Origin: Calcarisporiella thermophila CBS 279.70
Lineage: Eukaryota; Fungi; Calcarisporiellomycota
Direction: 5' to 3'
Assembly (NCBI RefSeq): GCF_041956535.1
Contig: NW_027192192.1
Span: 561,796-625,795 of the forward strand
DNA: 64,000 bases
The position numbers were made by a program, and so were the translations under genes. Positions 1 to 12,478 of the stretch are shown here, piece by piece (the stretch's first letter is position 1; each line of letters begins with the position of its first letter). The notes beneath the pieces are model-generated. The model was given only the letters and a program-made list of their open reading frames with translations, had not been told where the DNA came from and did not search any database.

Positions 1-36
1 CTATCTTGAGCACACGAAATTTCAGAGTGAATTTGA

Positions 37-109
37 GTTCCCATGGTCTAGTGGTTAGGACATTCGCTTTACACGCGAAGGATCGCCGGTTCGAACCCGG
101 CTGGGGACA
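37..109 (+). tRNA. tRNA-Val (anticodon TAC), intronless
   Basis: Cloverleaf read directly: acceptor GTTCCCA/TGGGGAC, D-arm GTCT..GGAC with AGTGG, anticodon stem TTCGC/GCGAA around TT-TAC-AC, T-arm GCCGG-TTCGAAC-CCGGC; oligo-T Pol III terminators follow. Confidence 0.95.
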
Positions 110-1172
110 TTAAATTTTTAATTTTTCTACAAATCTTAGAAGAGATTTAAGTAAAAAAAAAAAAATTAAAATCTTCGAAGAATATTTTTTCGAGTTTGAA
201 GGTTTATTATCCTATGCTAATATATGCAGGTTATATTATCTTAATATAAAATGATAGGATCAATATTTACAACCCTCACGCCAGTATATATGTTTATACA
301 GCTTCAGCCTGTAGAAATCGATTCCTCCTCGTTTTCTTTATTGAACTTTACTGAACGACAGTTTAGAATGTTCAAATATTTGTCACAATGTCTTCAGTTT
401 TCTCTCGTGCTTGTATATTATATCTCTTAATATATAATTATCTATAAATTCTTACTCAGTAGTGTGGTCAAAGGATATACTCTCCCGTTGTTTATATACT
501 CTGAAGTTTTCAAGGGTTTGCTTGGCAGCTTTAATGCCGGATTTCCTTTGGAACCATTTGGTTTTAAGATTTGCAAAATGCTGTTTAAATTTAAATCTCT
601 AAAAAGAAAATGATGTAAAGTTTAAGAGGAGGGAGGGAGATGGAACAATCTTTCGTAAAATGTTTATTCCTCTCGATACCTAAATATTGATCAATTGATT
701 TAATTTTTATTCATGCAATGCTTTTCTGAATATCTCAGAAAGTATACCGTGATGCCTTTCGATCTCTGTTTATTTTCTAGCTGAAACTCACCAATATTTA
801 AGGACGATCTTCTATACAAATACCCCCGTAGTTAAGTTAATCTTATGGTATTTTTGCTAGCAATTTGCAATTTGTTTTGCATCCTGTTTTGTAGCTTGTT
901 TTGCACGGCTAATGTAAAGTTTTCCGAGACTATGGTTTGATAAGCTCGGGATTTACTTCCTTGCAAGGGTACTCCCTTTTACAGCTGGTTACAAGAAACA
1001 TTCTATTTCATTAGGATTGGATAGGCATCCCTGGAGTGTCGCCGAAGGCCAATTTCGTCTAACCAATACGAATTTTTCTGGTCCTATATAAGCAACCTTG
1101 TTTTAATACTGATTTTATTTATTATTTTTAACTATTCTTTATTCGAAAACTATCGACACAAAAACCACCATC

Positions 1173-1361
1173 ATGGAACAGTGGAACCAATATCAAAAGG
1201 GTGACCGCGTTGAGTACCTGGATCGCACTAGGCAGAAGCAAACCGGCACTATCCAAGAGATCCAAGGAAGTGGACAGAACCTGCGCTTTACGGTGCTCAA
1301 CGACCAGACCCAGAAGCAAGAAGAATGCTCGCACCAAAACGTCGAGCGCAAACTTCAGTAG
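1173..1361 (+). CDS. Small 62-aa SH3/Tudor-like barrel protein (Hva1 TUDOR / DUF2945-like)
   Basis: Clean ORF with TATATAA about 85 bp upstream; 'QYQKGDRVEY...TGTIQEI' pattern typical of small fungal Tudor/KOW-like proteins; family call by resemblance only. Confidence 0.6.
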   Translation: MEQWNQYQKGDRVEYLDRTRQKQTGTIQEIQGSGQNLRFTVLNDQTQKQEECSHQNVERKLQ

Positions 1362-2086
1362 AACCTACTCGTGGGCTAATCCCTGCAGTTCACTTCGCCT
1401 TTCATTAAAAATTATAACTAAGTTTAGATTATAGATTAGGGACTAAAAATTAGGCAACAAAATTATTCAACAGTCAACTGTTAATAAAAAAAATTTAGAT
1501 ATAGTGTAATCAATGTAGACAGTTCTTCTGAACTATTTCTAGGAAAGTAGAAAAAGAAAATCATATTTCTAACTCCAGCAATTATGAAATTGTGGGTACA
1601 ACGCAGATGATCACATTAAACCCCCTTTCATAATACAGTTTAACGACTACGTGCTTGAAGGCCTTTATGAATACCTTAGGGTTGTGCAATAAACACGTTT
1701 GCACCAATAATAGTTCAATAGAGAGAAAGTATACATGACTTTTACACATCATAACTTCATGAGGATGCTGTTGGAATTTTCCATGTTAAATAAATATTCG
1801 TAATCCCAAGGAAAACATCATCCATCTCTTGAAGACCTGCTTAGAATTATCCCGAACTGTAAATAATAGGGGCTTTGAGGCGCTATTGTTGAATTTCAAC
1901 TAATTCGAGGTTGCTATTTTACAATTTTTTTACATTATTTTTCGAAATAGAGTATCATTTACAAGAGAATCTTTTGGGCGAACGAAGTATCAAAGAATGA
2001 GAATATCTCCTCATCGCCAAAAAAAAAGTGCACACCCATTAATATATAGCCCGATAGATTGGATTATATAGGAATTCCCTTTAGGG

Positions 2087-3670
2087 TCATCTCATCTCTA
2101 TGCTTTCTCCGTTTTCTCTTGCTCCCTCGCGATATATTTCCGCTTCCCCCAAATGGATGCCGTCATTCAATAGCAGAGTACTCTCGGCCACTAAATTGTA
2201 CACACCGGACTTTCTTGGTTGGGGTCTCTCTTCTTCATCTTCATCCTCCATTATCTCCTCACCGAGATCGCCAGGGGTAACCTCCAGCTTCTGCCGTACC
2301 TCCGTGGACATGCGCCGTAATTTCAACCAATTGTAGAGTGCAATTCCCACCAGAGTTATACATAACCCGAGGATATTGACGGGTGTCAGTTTGTCTCCGT
2401 ACACGAGAGAGGATATGAATATAGTCGCAACCTCCTTAAAGATCCCGCAAACGCTTAGAGTGACGACGCTGGTACGCTGAATAAGGAAAAACTCGGCCAA
2501 AACCATCATAAAAGCTAGGCAACCTCCTACAAGGATAACTCCCACGGTCCGCAATGCTTCCGAAGGAGTGACAAAGAAGACCGAGAGGAAGATTTTGTCA
2601 TATCCCTCAACAAAACCCGCCGTTACCGCAAGGACAACGGCCATAACGGGTGTAAGGAAGAAGATGGACGCAATCGGATTATTCATCCCGAGTGATTCAC
2701 GCTCAAGTAATATCTGGGTGAGAGACCATCGCAAACCTCCCAGCAGAGCAGCAACCATGACCTCGATAAACCTAAGGGTAATGAAGACAAAAAAAAAACG
2801 CCAAAATCAATACAAAACTCCCGTAGTGTCCTCAGTAAATATAAAGTTTTAATTACCCGACAAGCACAAATTCTGTCTCGTCCATCACCATCAATAAGAC
2901 ACCCAACGAGATAATCAATATTATACCTACGAGAGACCATCGAGGTCGCTCAAGCTTAAATAGAAAAGCAAATAACAGCACAAATGCAAGGGATGAGCTC
3001 TTGCACATGGTATAGAAGGAAAGGGTAATGGTTTTGAGCGAAGAATTAGAGAGTCCAATATCAAGACTGGTGGCAACACCACATGGCAGCACTTTTGTTC
3101 TGTAGAGCATTTTGTAAAAGCAGAAATAAAAGTATAGGATTTGAGAATACAATAATATCCTAGCTAGATGTTAGCATTACTTACAAATAATCCTTTCCTT
3201 TCGGCCGCCGCTTGGGTTTTAGCCGCGGAAGACTCAAAAGCGTTAATCCAGAGAATGTAAATTGTACAAGCATATGCGTACTTGTGACGAAAAGAGGATA
3301 CTGAAAGTTGTAGTGCTGCGCGGAGAACATCCATTTATTGTAAAGAGAGAGACAGGTTGCAAACCCATACCTATGTAAAACGGTACAAAACCTCAGTGAG
3401 ATGAGACTGGAAAAAAAAAAGCTTCAACTGTTACCATCCAAGAATCCAGAACACATTCCCAATGCTTTTTCTCCACATTCGCTGTCTATAATCCTCCATG
3501 ACTAGCTCTGGCGGGAACTCTGGCTGTCTAGATTCCATTTCCATTTCATCTTCATCTAACAGTAGAGCCGTGTCGTCATTGGCTGAATTCGGTGGATCGT
3601 GGCCTAGAGAAGAACGATGTTTTATAGCATCATCATTGGTATCCTTGGCTATAATGTGAGATGTTGGCAT
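2087..3670 (-). CDS. Triose-phosphate/nucleotide-sugar transporter (TPT family, SLC35C2/Ymd8-like), multi-exon
   Basis: Exons encode 'LDIGLSNSSLKTITLSFYTMCKSSSL', 'GLRWSLTQILL', 'TSVVTLSVCGIFKE'; many TM segments. Confidence 0.9.
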
Positions 3671-4025
3671 AATATTTTAATCGTATAATTTAATCTCGTT
3701 TGAAGATGGAAATAAGTCAATACATCTGGTTCTAGTAAACCCTTTTGGAAGCAGGAGGGTATTAGGTTAGGTTTTTAAAAATTATCTTCGTCTCTTCAGC
3801 TCTAAAAAGAAATATAACAATAAAAGATGTAGTCAAAAACTAAGAAAAAAGGAAAAAGAAAAAAGAAAAAAGAAAAAAGAAACAAGGAGTAGAAGTCATA
3901 AGAAACAAATAAGAAAAAAATAAGGGAACTAGGAAATCGACGAGCCTACACTTATAGCCACATAGCAAAAGGGAAGGAAAAAAATGATAATAAAAAATGA
4001 GAAATGTTAAAAAAATCTTGGCCCG

Positions 4026-4931
4026 TTAACAGCATCCACCACTTGACTGCGCAGGAACTTGCTGTCCAGCAGACACCTTGACCGTGCTCTTTCCGCCAGC
4101 TTGCGGGTGCACGGTCTGGGAGCCCATTCTATCTTTGATCTGCTTCGCCATAGTCAAGAAGGCCTGCTCTACGTTCGTCGCATCCTTGGCAGAAGTCTCA
4201 AGGAAAGGAATGCTGAGACCGTCGGCAAATTCCTAATTATAAGAAGCCCGTCAACTATACTCTTCACCTCCTAGCCCACTCCGACTTATCCACCCATACC
4301 TTGGCAGCATTCTGCTCTACCGCACGCTTATCTGTCAAGTCAGCCTTGTTCCCCACAAGAAGCTTGTTGACGCCTTCTGACGCGTACCGATCGATCTCCT
4401 GCAGCCACTGCTTCACATTACCAAAGGTATCCGCATCTGTGATATCATAAACAACGATGATACCATGCGCGCCACGGTAATAGGAAGAGGTAATGGTACG
4501 GAAACGTTCCTGACCAGCGGTATCCCACTGTTTATGGACAATAGAATAAATCAGTTAGCCCAATCTGCTCTAGCAATTGTTTAATGAGCATTCAAGCCAT
4601 AAGGAAGACTTACGATCTGAAGCTTTACCGTCTTTCCTTCCAATTCAATGGTGCGGATTTTCTATGAAAAACGATGATTAATCGCTCTACCAACGGAGAC
4701 GATAGCCAGTATTAAGAAAACTTACAAAATCCACACCAATTGTGGAAATGTAGCTCTCTGTGTATGTATCATCGGCAAAACGGAGCAAAAGGCAAGACTT
4801 GCCAACACCGGAGTCACCGATCAGGAGAAGTTTGAAGAGATAATCGCTAAGGACGAAATGAAGTTAACATCTTTAAACCCATAGCAATGATGATAGGAGA
4901 ATTATAAAGATGCTTACTATTCAGGATTCAT
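4026..4931 (-). CDS. YPT1: Rab1/Ypt1 GTPase, multi-exon
   Basis: Minus-strand exons read [59 protein letters not shown], ending GGCC* (prenylation motif); not captured by the ORF track because of introns. Confidence 0.97.
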
Positions 4932-5158
4932 TTCTTTTGTGAAAGTGATTCACACAGTTTACAGGAGTTACAAAATGATGATGTTGGTTGGAAAATAATA
5001 GAAGAAACGGAAAGTTGGGTTGGAATAAAAAGCCCCTTCAAATAATCACGGTCAATTTCTTGATGCCCAATCTCAACGTCACACCTAACCTAGTAACTTC
5101 GAATGGAAGAATATCATTTTAAGGTTTTGATTTGCAAGTCGACTTCAATAGATGCGGA

Positions 5159-5632
5159 ATGGAGCATATAACACACATCAACGCACAATACAATAAGACT
5201 ATCGAACTGATATCCTCTAGTCCGGAGAGCGAAATAGCGAGAGCGGAGAATATTAGAGGTAGCAAACTACAACATCCACGCGAAGAATGGTTTCTGATCT
5301 TTTTTATTATTTCCACAGAGGTTGAAGCTCAGACTAGATCTCTACTCGGTGCATTACAGTCATTAGAAAATTTTCTCATGGATGAATGGCACAGAGAAAC
5401 AAGGCATGACAAAGTAGCATTATCACAGGTAATGGTTTATAGATGCCACTCAGGCAGAGATCGTAAGTTCACATGCTGTAAATATTAGGAAATTGCTTGT
5501 CTAGAAGAACAATTGAAAATCAAATCAGCAGCCATTGCACAGCGTGGAGAATCGATGCGGAAATGGAGCGAGGAGTTGGCAGCTTTACAGAAGGAGGGAG
5601 AAGAGGTTCTTTTATCTAGAGTAAAAGAATAG
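5159..5632 (+). CDS. Small helical protein, Mediator subunit Med28-like; 3 exons
   Basis: Two short GT-AG introns (first 5259-5318); spliced C-terminus 'ALSQEIACLEEQLKIKSAAIAQRGESMRKWSEEL' resembles the Med28 coiled-coil/Trp pattern; divergent from YPT1. Confidence 0.55.
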
Positions 5633-6201
5633 CTTCAATGAATGGCCAAGCTAAATAGATAGCATTTAGGACCAGTGTATTCATTTTAAGCTTTGGCCAT
5701 GGTCAAAGGGTTTTTACGAGATTGATCTTGTGGCACGCATATATGGGGGTGTGGTTTGTTTCCGCGATATCGCGGTAAGATGGTAGAAATATGCGCTAGA
5801 CTTTGTATTATTTTTATTTTATGCCAAAATTGGAAATTTGAGTAAGAGAGAACTCTGGATCCTGGTTTAAAAAAATCGGCCATTTTAATTGCGCAAACAG
5901 GAAAAACATAATGCAATTAACATAAAATGGCCTCCAACTTATATGAATACGGCGTGATATGTCATTTTGCAGTGTATTCAAATGATTTGCCACCCACTGT
6001 GGCTTGTATTTTCTTCCGACTCTAGCGGCAATTCCATGTGTAGGCGAGTTGTGAAAGGTTAGGACGTACAGAGGGAGAAGAGGAGGAAAAGAGGTTAAAA
6101 GGGCGTGGCTATTTCTTAATCTAATTTTTATTTAATTTTAATTTCCTTTATCCGCTCTTAATAAATCGACTTTCAGGGAAAATCCAAGGCTGACGCCTAA
6201 C

Positions 6202-7204
6202 ATGCAAGATCCTAGTAGGCGAGGTTACTATTGTGAGTGGTGGGAATTTCGCACTAATTCGCGATTGTTTACTAATTATCAAGCTCCATGATCATTCTTC
6301 TCCCTCTACCCATTGTCTAGACCAAAATAATAGGCCCCAATGGCAACGTAACCAACCCCTCTTTATCCAAGCTGACAATACCGTTGTCCCCTTTGGACAA
6401 CGACCTCCCCCGGGGAATATGGGGGGCCATCGCATGCCCAATCCCCCGCCCACTGCCATACCTGCCTCCTATGCCTTCGCCCCTCAATCTCCACCCCCTC
6501 CTGAGAGCGGCTACAATCCCCCACCGCCATCGCAGCGACCTACCAGCCCCCCTGCTCCGGAACAAGTATTGGCGGATCATCCCCCCCAAGCAAGTTCAAC
6601 TTCTGCTGTTCCATCCTCCGGACAATCTAGGTCAGAGATGGAGGAGATGTTGGCATTGCTCCGTCAGCAGCAGTTGATGCAGCAAATGATGCTAATGGAG
6701 CAAATGCGACAGAATTCAGATGCCCCTGCGCAAGGTCGCTCTGCCTACGCTCCCCAGCCTGCGACCTATCCGACTATGACGGGATACCCTCCCTCAAATA
6801 CCACCATTGTAATGCCTACCACGCAACCACAGCAACAGGTGTACTATAACTATCCATACGGCAACTATTATTTGCCGTACTACAACCAGCAGTATCCATA
6901 CTACTCGCCCTATCTATACCCCTATTCCTATTCTAATCCATATTCCTACGCGTATCCGTACAGCTTCACCTACCCATACGCTTATAATTACAACTACCCC
7001 TACTACTATGGTTACAACCCATACTACTCCTCATACTACTACAATTCACTGTACCCCTCGTATTACTGGAACAGCTTCTACGATCCCTCTAGCTGGCTTG
7101 GATTTGGGCTGGGGGGGCTTTTTGGATCGCTACTGTACGGAGGTCTGTTTAAAGACACATGTTATGGTGGACTGCTTGATTGGGGTCTAAAGGATTTGTG
7201 GTGA
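6202..7204 (+). CDS. Low-complexity Pro/Gln-rich then Tyr/Pro/Asn-rich protein with a C-terminal Gly-rich hydrophobic segment; function unknown
   Basis: ATG at 6202 (MQDPSRRGYY), GTGAGT..CTAG intron, then the long open exon to TGA at 7204. Confidence 0.75.
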
Positions 7205-7527
7205 TCTAAATAGGAAGGCGGTGAAATATGTACGGAGACCAACTCATTCCCATTCTATATAAATACCCATTGTGTGAGATTTTTATTACATTTTTATTTT
7301 TTTTATTTTTAATGTGTTTTTTTGTTTACCTACTTTGATATTTGCTCCGTTTTCTTTTTTTCAGCAGAATAGCATGAGCCTCCCATGTTGATGCTTATCT
7401 TGATATCTGTGTATATCCGCATTTCAATCTCTCACATGGTGTGATTGTAAAATGAAATATATTGGATAATTGGATATAATATAATATATATATCTCGTTA
7501 TTTACATTCGAAGGGTCCGGGATCGCC

Positions 7528-8432
7528 TCATTCGTCTACCCCTTTCCTCCTGTTAACTTCATCCCGTTTCTCCAGATGTTCTGCTATGCCTAATGCCTCA
7601 GCCAACTCTCTGTTTTCAACGATCAATGCTTGTGCCAGCGAGTCGTAATCAGCATGACTTTCAATCTCGCTCTCGAACGCCCGACGTACGAGTTCACCGA
7701 CACGGATAATCTGCTGTTGAAGTAATAAATTCTCAGAGAGGAGGAGAGCAGTTCGGTGCTAAAAATACAAAAAAAAAACATACAAGGATGAGAGGATGCT
7801 ATAATATGGGCGAAAAGGTGGATGCTTACACGTTCCTCCTCGAGCCTTGCCTCGTACTCGCGCTGAAGTTCCAATTTTGCCTGCTGCTGGGCAAACTATC
7901 GGCCAATATATGAATACATGAATATAAAAAAAACCCTCAAATTCTAATTAGTTAAGCTACCGCCTGGCTGCGAAGCTTTTTCATGGCTATTTCGATGACC
8001 GCTTCATAGTCTCGCATCAACTCCCGGAGTTCCATGTTGTGCTCTTCAAGGTGCTCAACACGCGCGTTGAGGGAGGCATTATCCGATTCATAGCTATGTA
8101 CGCGTTTATTCTTTTCTCCGCTCTCTAGAAAAAAAAAGTCCGTGGGTTGGAGGGATACATACAGGGACAGTGGAAATGGAGTATACCACTCTCTCTTGAA
8201 ATCTTATTCGATTCTACTTCCTCCTTTCTATTATGCTCTAGTCGCTCCTAAGCTTAACCTAATTAACCATCGTCCTCATCATCAAAATAAACCGGAGGAG
8301 AGGGAATACTTTAATGTCCGATGCCTGTTGTTGGAAAACGGAAACATTCTTGCGGTGATCGGAGAGCTGATTAGCAAGCTCTGTGGTAAGGCGCCAGATC
8401 TTGGCAAGAGTTTCGTCGTTCATCCTGTCCAT
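7528..8432 (-). CDS. Coiled-coil protein, SIKE/FGFR1OP2-like (STRIPAK SCI1/SipB-like), multi-exon
   Basis: Spliced product 'MDRMNDETLAKIWRLTTELANQL...ELRELMRDYEAVIEIAMKKLR...ENLLLQQQI...ENRELAEALGI'; gene model solid, family by resemblance. Confidence 0.55.
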
Positions 8433-9673
8433 ATATCTTGCTCTTTGTCGTGGTGATTGAAAATTTTATATAAGGAATTTGTGACGGTTATTTTATGAAA
8501 TTAGGCAACTTTTGGAAAGTGGGATTGAACATAATATTTCTCACTGCTGAACTTACTCGGCATTACTCTTACTTTCCAAGTCTTTTCTTACAGCGCCATG
8601 ATACGCAACAGAATTCTTATTAGTACTCATCAACCTATCACTAAGGCCTCATTCCACTGATTAAAAATGGATTGACTGATAAATATTTCCTAAACTTTTG
8701 TATTTATTTCATATTGGCTTTGTGCTCCTGAGTCCTTGACACAATCTATGAAAATTTCTTCAAAATGAGTGCTAGTCCTTCCGATAACGTTTCTTCTGAT
8801 CTTAACCCTAGGTGGTTTCACCCTCTGTAAAGATTCCAGCAAGATTGTTAGCAGACGTTTCTTCAAGGAGCCCACGCTTCTCAGCCAATATGAACCTACC
8901 CACCCCAATACAATATCTCGAAAAATAGGTGTATAAATTGACATCTCTCGGGCGAGATATAGAATACTTATTTGTACCTGATACGCCTTGAAATGATCAC
9001 CTCACGAGTGTTTATCCGATGCCTATATGCTAAGCGCAGCTGAATCTGCCTTTGCCGTCGTTCTAAGCGCTGTTGTAACATGGCTTCTCCTGGGGCCCGT
9101 GTGTGTTTAACAGAAAAACTCGCCGTTTAGAGGGAATCCTACTGATCCAAAAGTGAACCTTCATTTGATCGTGTTCTTCCTAGTGGCTCCCACTAACACA
9201 CTCGTGATCGATAACCCGATCCTCTGGCTGTTACTTCTCCATCTCCTGGGATAACGCAATTCGAAATTACACAGCAGATGCTGACCGGCCTCGATCTCTT
9301 TGCTAGATATTGTGTGGGAGGGAAAGCGGCCTTTCCATTGTTCTAGCTGTGGGTTCTTCATCCTTTGCGGTTCAAAGAAATTCCGCGTAATTTAATCTTC
9401 AGGTGGAGTGCCCCAGGTGTGGCCGTTTCATAATAATTAAACTGTGGTGGCAACAGATAAAGAGATTACTTTGGATGGTAACATGTCCTCGCCGGGCGGA
9501 GGAGACGGTGTGCAGGTTTGTCCATGGAGGCGCACACAATCCACAAGGTCACTCCTCTTCTGAGTTCAGTTTGCATTAGAGTAATCGGGATAGGGCGAAC
9601 GACTCGAACTTCTTGAGCGCCATCTCCTGGTCAAGGCTAGGCTAGGCGGGGCCAAGCTTTTGAGAGGTTCTCT

Positions 9674-9727
9674 TGGCTGTGGGCTGTGGGCTGGGCTGTA
9701 GGTTATGGGCTGCGGACTGTGGGCTGG
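9674..9727. repeat. Degenerate GGCTGT(G) tandem repeat
   Basis: ggctgtgggctgtgggctgggctgtaggttatgggctgcggactgtgggctgg. Confidence 0.6.
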
Positions 9728-10160
9728 ATTGTTTGCGGTGCGGCGTGCTTGCCCGGGCGAGGGTTCATGAAGCAGAGGGAAATAGGCCTCGTTGCGCCGA
9801 GCAGCTTCGGCCGAGAGAGGGGCTTAGGGGAAGCTTGGGGAGGAACACTGTGTCGCCGGGCCTCGGGATATCGGGCATTAGTGAATCTGCCCTTCGCCTT
9901 CGCCTCACGCGAACTCACTGCTTCAGTTTGCTAAGTTTGGCGGACTCTCGATTCAGGCCGGCCTTGCGCAGTGGTACAATGTATTCATCCATTTGCGCAG
10001 TCATCTCGATTTTAGTTGAGGGCAAATGGACCAAGCTTCGTCGCACAAAAAGTCCTCTTCTACTTGCCTCGGTGCGGAGAAGTCGTTCGCGGCAGCAGAT
10101 GGAGATAAGAGACCAGATCTGACTAACTGATTGAGCCTATTTTTAATCTCGGGTCGATCG

Positions 10161-12010
10161 ATGGGGAACTCCAACGGGCATGAAGTGGATTTTTCACAAG
10201 AAGGTGACGATGCTTTTGCATTGCCCGGACATCTCGTCCCCTCTCTCTCCCCCTCGGATCGATGGGCGTCTAACCTGATGTTGTCATCTCTCTAAACAGT
10301 GAATCTATCCCAGTTCAAGCTTCTAAAGGTGGTGGGAAGAGGATCGTTTGGAAAGGTACGTGGATGGTATGCGCCTTGCTTGGATCGCGGTCTAACCTCC
10401 CATTGCTTCAGGTTCGGATAGTGGAGCGGAGAGACACAAAAAAGCTCTATGCGCTCAAATACATCTCCAAAACGGAGATTATCCGACTGGACTGTGTGAA
10501 AAACATCTGTCGTGAGCGCGTCATGCTTGAGAATGTCGACCATCCGTTTGTATGCAACCTGCGTTTTGCCTTTCAAGACAGCCAATATCTTTACATGGTG
10601 ATGGACTTGATGTGCGCCTTGATTTACTTTCCGATGATCGAAGGATGAGTGGAGCTGATGAGGTCTATCATGTAGGATGGGGGGCGATTTGCGTTATCAC
10701 TTGCATCGATCCAAATTCAATGAACACGTCGTCCGATTTTGGATCGCAGAACTAGCATGTGCGGTGCGCTATTTACATTCAAAAGGCATTGTCCATCGGG
10801 ACATCAAACCAGATAATATCCTACTGAATGAAGCAGGTATGGACTGAAATCGTAGCTGCCTCTACATGGCTGAGAATGACACGTTTTTTTCCCTTCCTCT
10901 CTTTGCCATCTTAACAAGGCCATGTCCACTTGACCGACTTCAACACTGCTGCTCAATATAACCCAAACCGCCCGTTGACTTCACACTCGGGAACCGCTTT
11001 GTACATGGCCCCCGAGGTTTTCAAGGGGGGAGGGTATGGCCCACAAGTGGACTGGTGGTCTTTAGGCGTGGTCTTCTACGAGTGCATATATGGAAGAGTA
11101 GGCACCTTTTTTGCAGTTTTTCGATTCGCGCTATTCTTTATTGACTTGTTTTTCGATTACCACCAGCGACCATTCGAGCAGCATTCTTCAGAGGAGTTGA
11201 AGCAGGCCGTTATGCACGGGGACATTGAATATGGCACCCGTGACAACTCAATCACATCCGTGTGTATATCCGCAATCCAAGGGGTAAAGCAACTTCTCCC
11301 ACCGTTCCCTCCTCTCCCGTCCTCCTTATTAAGTTTATAATCTCTGTGTGCTTTAGTTCCTCGAACGCGACCCCCTCAAGAGACTGGGAGCTGCTCAGTT
11401 AGGGGAGGAAAATATCGCCTTCCTGAAGATAACCCAGCACCCCTATTTTTCCCCAATCGACTTTGCTCGGCTAGAAGCCAAGGAACTCCCCCCCCTTTTC
11501 CGCCCTTCCGCAGAAAGCAATTACGATTCCATGTACGATCTCGAGGAGCTCCTGCTGGAAGAGAACCCGCTTGACAGCCGCGTGCGGTACAGCTCATCCA
11601 AGTCCAAGCGCAATCCAAAGCGCACCCGCCCCATCGGGAAGAAGAGTGCCGAGCGGGTGGAGCGCGAGTACAAGTTGATGGAGCGCGAGTTCCTCACCTT
11701 CGACTGCTCGATGTTCGAGCGATATGAAGGGTTCCAGGATCCGCAGCGTTTGTGCGTGGGCGAGCCGCCCATCTGGGTCAAGCCTGCGTTCGAGGGGGCT
11801 GAGGTGGCCAGCGCTCGGCCCAGTCTCACGATCGTGTTGGAAGGCGGCGGGAGCGCCGCGGGGTCCTCGGTGGAGGATCTAGGCGAGACGTTGGAGGGCG
11901 GAGGCGGCGAGGAGGACGTGGGCCTTCATGTGCAGTCCGCCCCCCCTCTGAACCATTTGAAACCCCCTTCCCCCAATGCACGGTACCTTGGGAAGAAGAA
12001 ACACCCATGA
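10161..12010 (+). CDS. AGC Ser/Thr kinase, STK32/YANK family, multi-exon
   Basis: MGNS start (myristoylation-type), [26 protein letters not shown] (DFN variant typical of YANK), GTALYMAPE, '[13 protein letters not shown]' tail. Confidence 0.9.
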
Positions 12011-12478
12011 CTGAACATATCCCATCTGTTTATTAGAATTGCTCCTGTTTTGTCGTTTTATTCTTTTGTTTTTCTCAACACTTGTAGTTCTATATTTATT
12101 ATCTTGCTTTGGAAAAAAAAAAATATAATAGTCCTCTATTTTATTATCCATATCCGCTCTCCCCTTCCCGATTCAGCCGTGGCCAAACCCGCCCTCGTGA
12201 TCTAGCATCGTTGACTAATTTCTCGTGCGACCTAATTTAGATTCTACCAAAGTTCCATGAGCCATTGCTTTTTTTTCCCACCTTGGACGTACGAGCCGCC
12301 TGCTATGGAATCTTGGGCGGTGGTTTGGATTCGTTGCCCGGCCGAGCTTCATAAGACCCGTTTTTGGTTCCGCAGAGAGAGTCCAACTCAAATATAAGAA
12401 GTCTGGTTGCGAAGCCATTCCTTGCCAATATTCTTGCCATCTTGATCATTCTCCTACTTGACCTGCTTAAAAAAGCTA

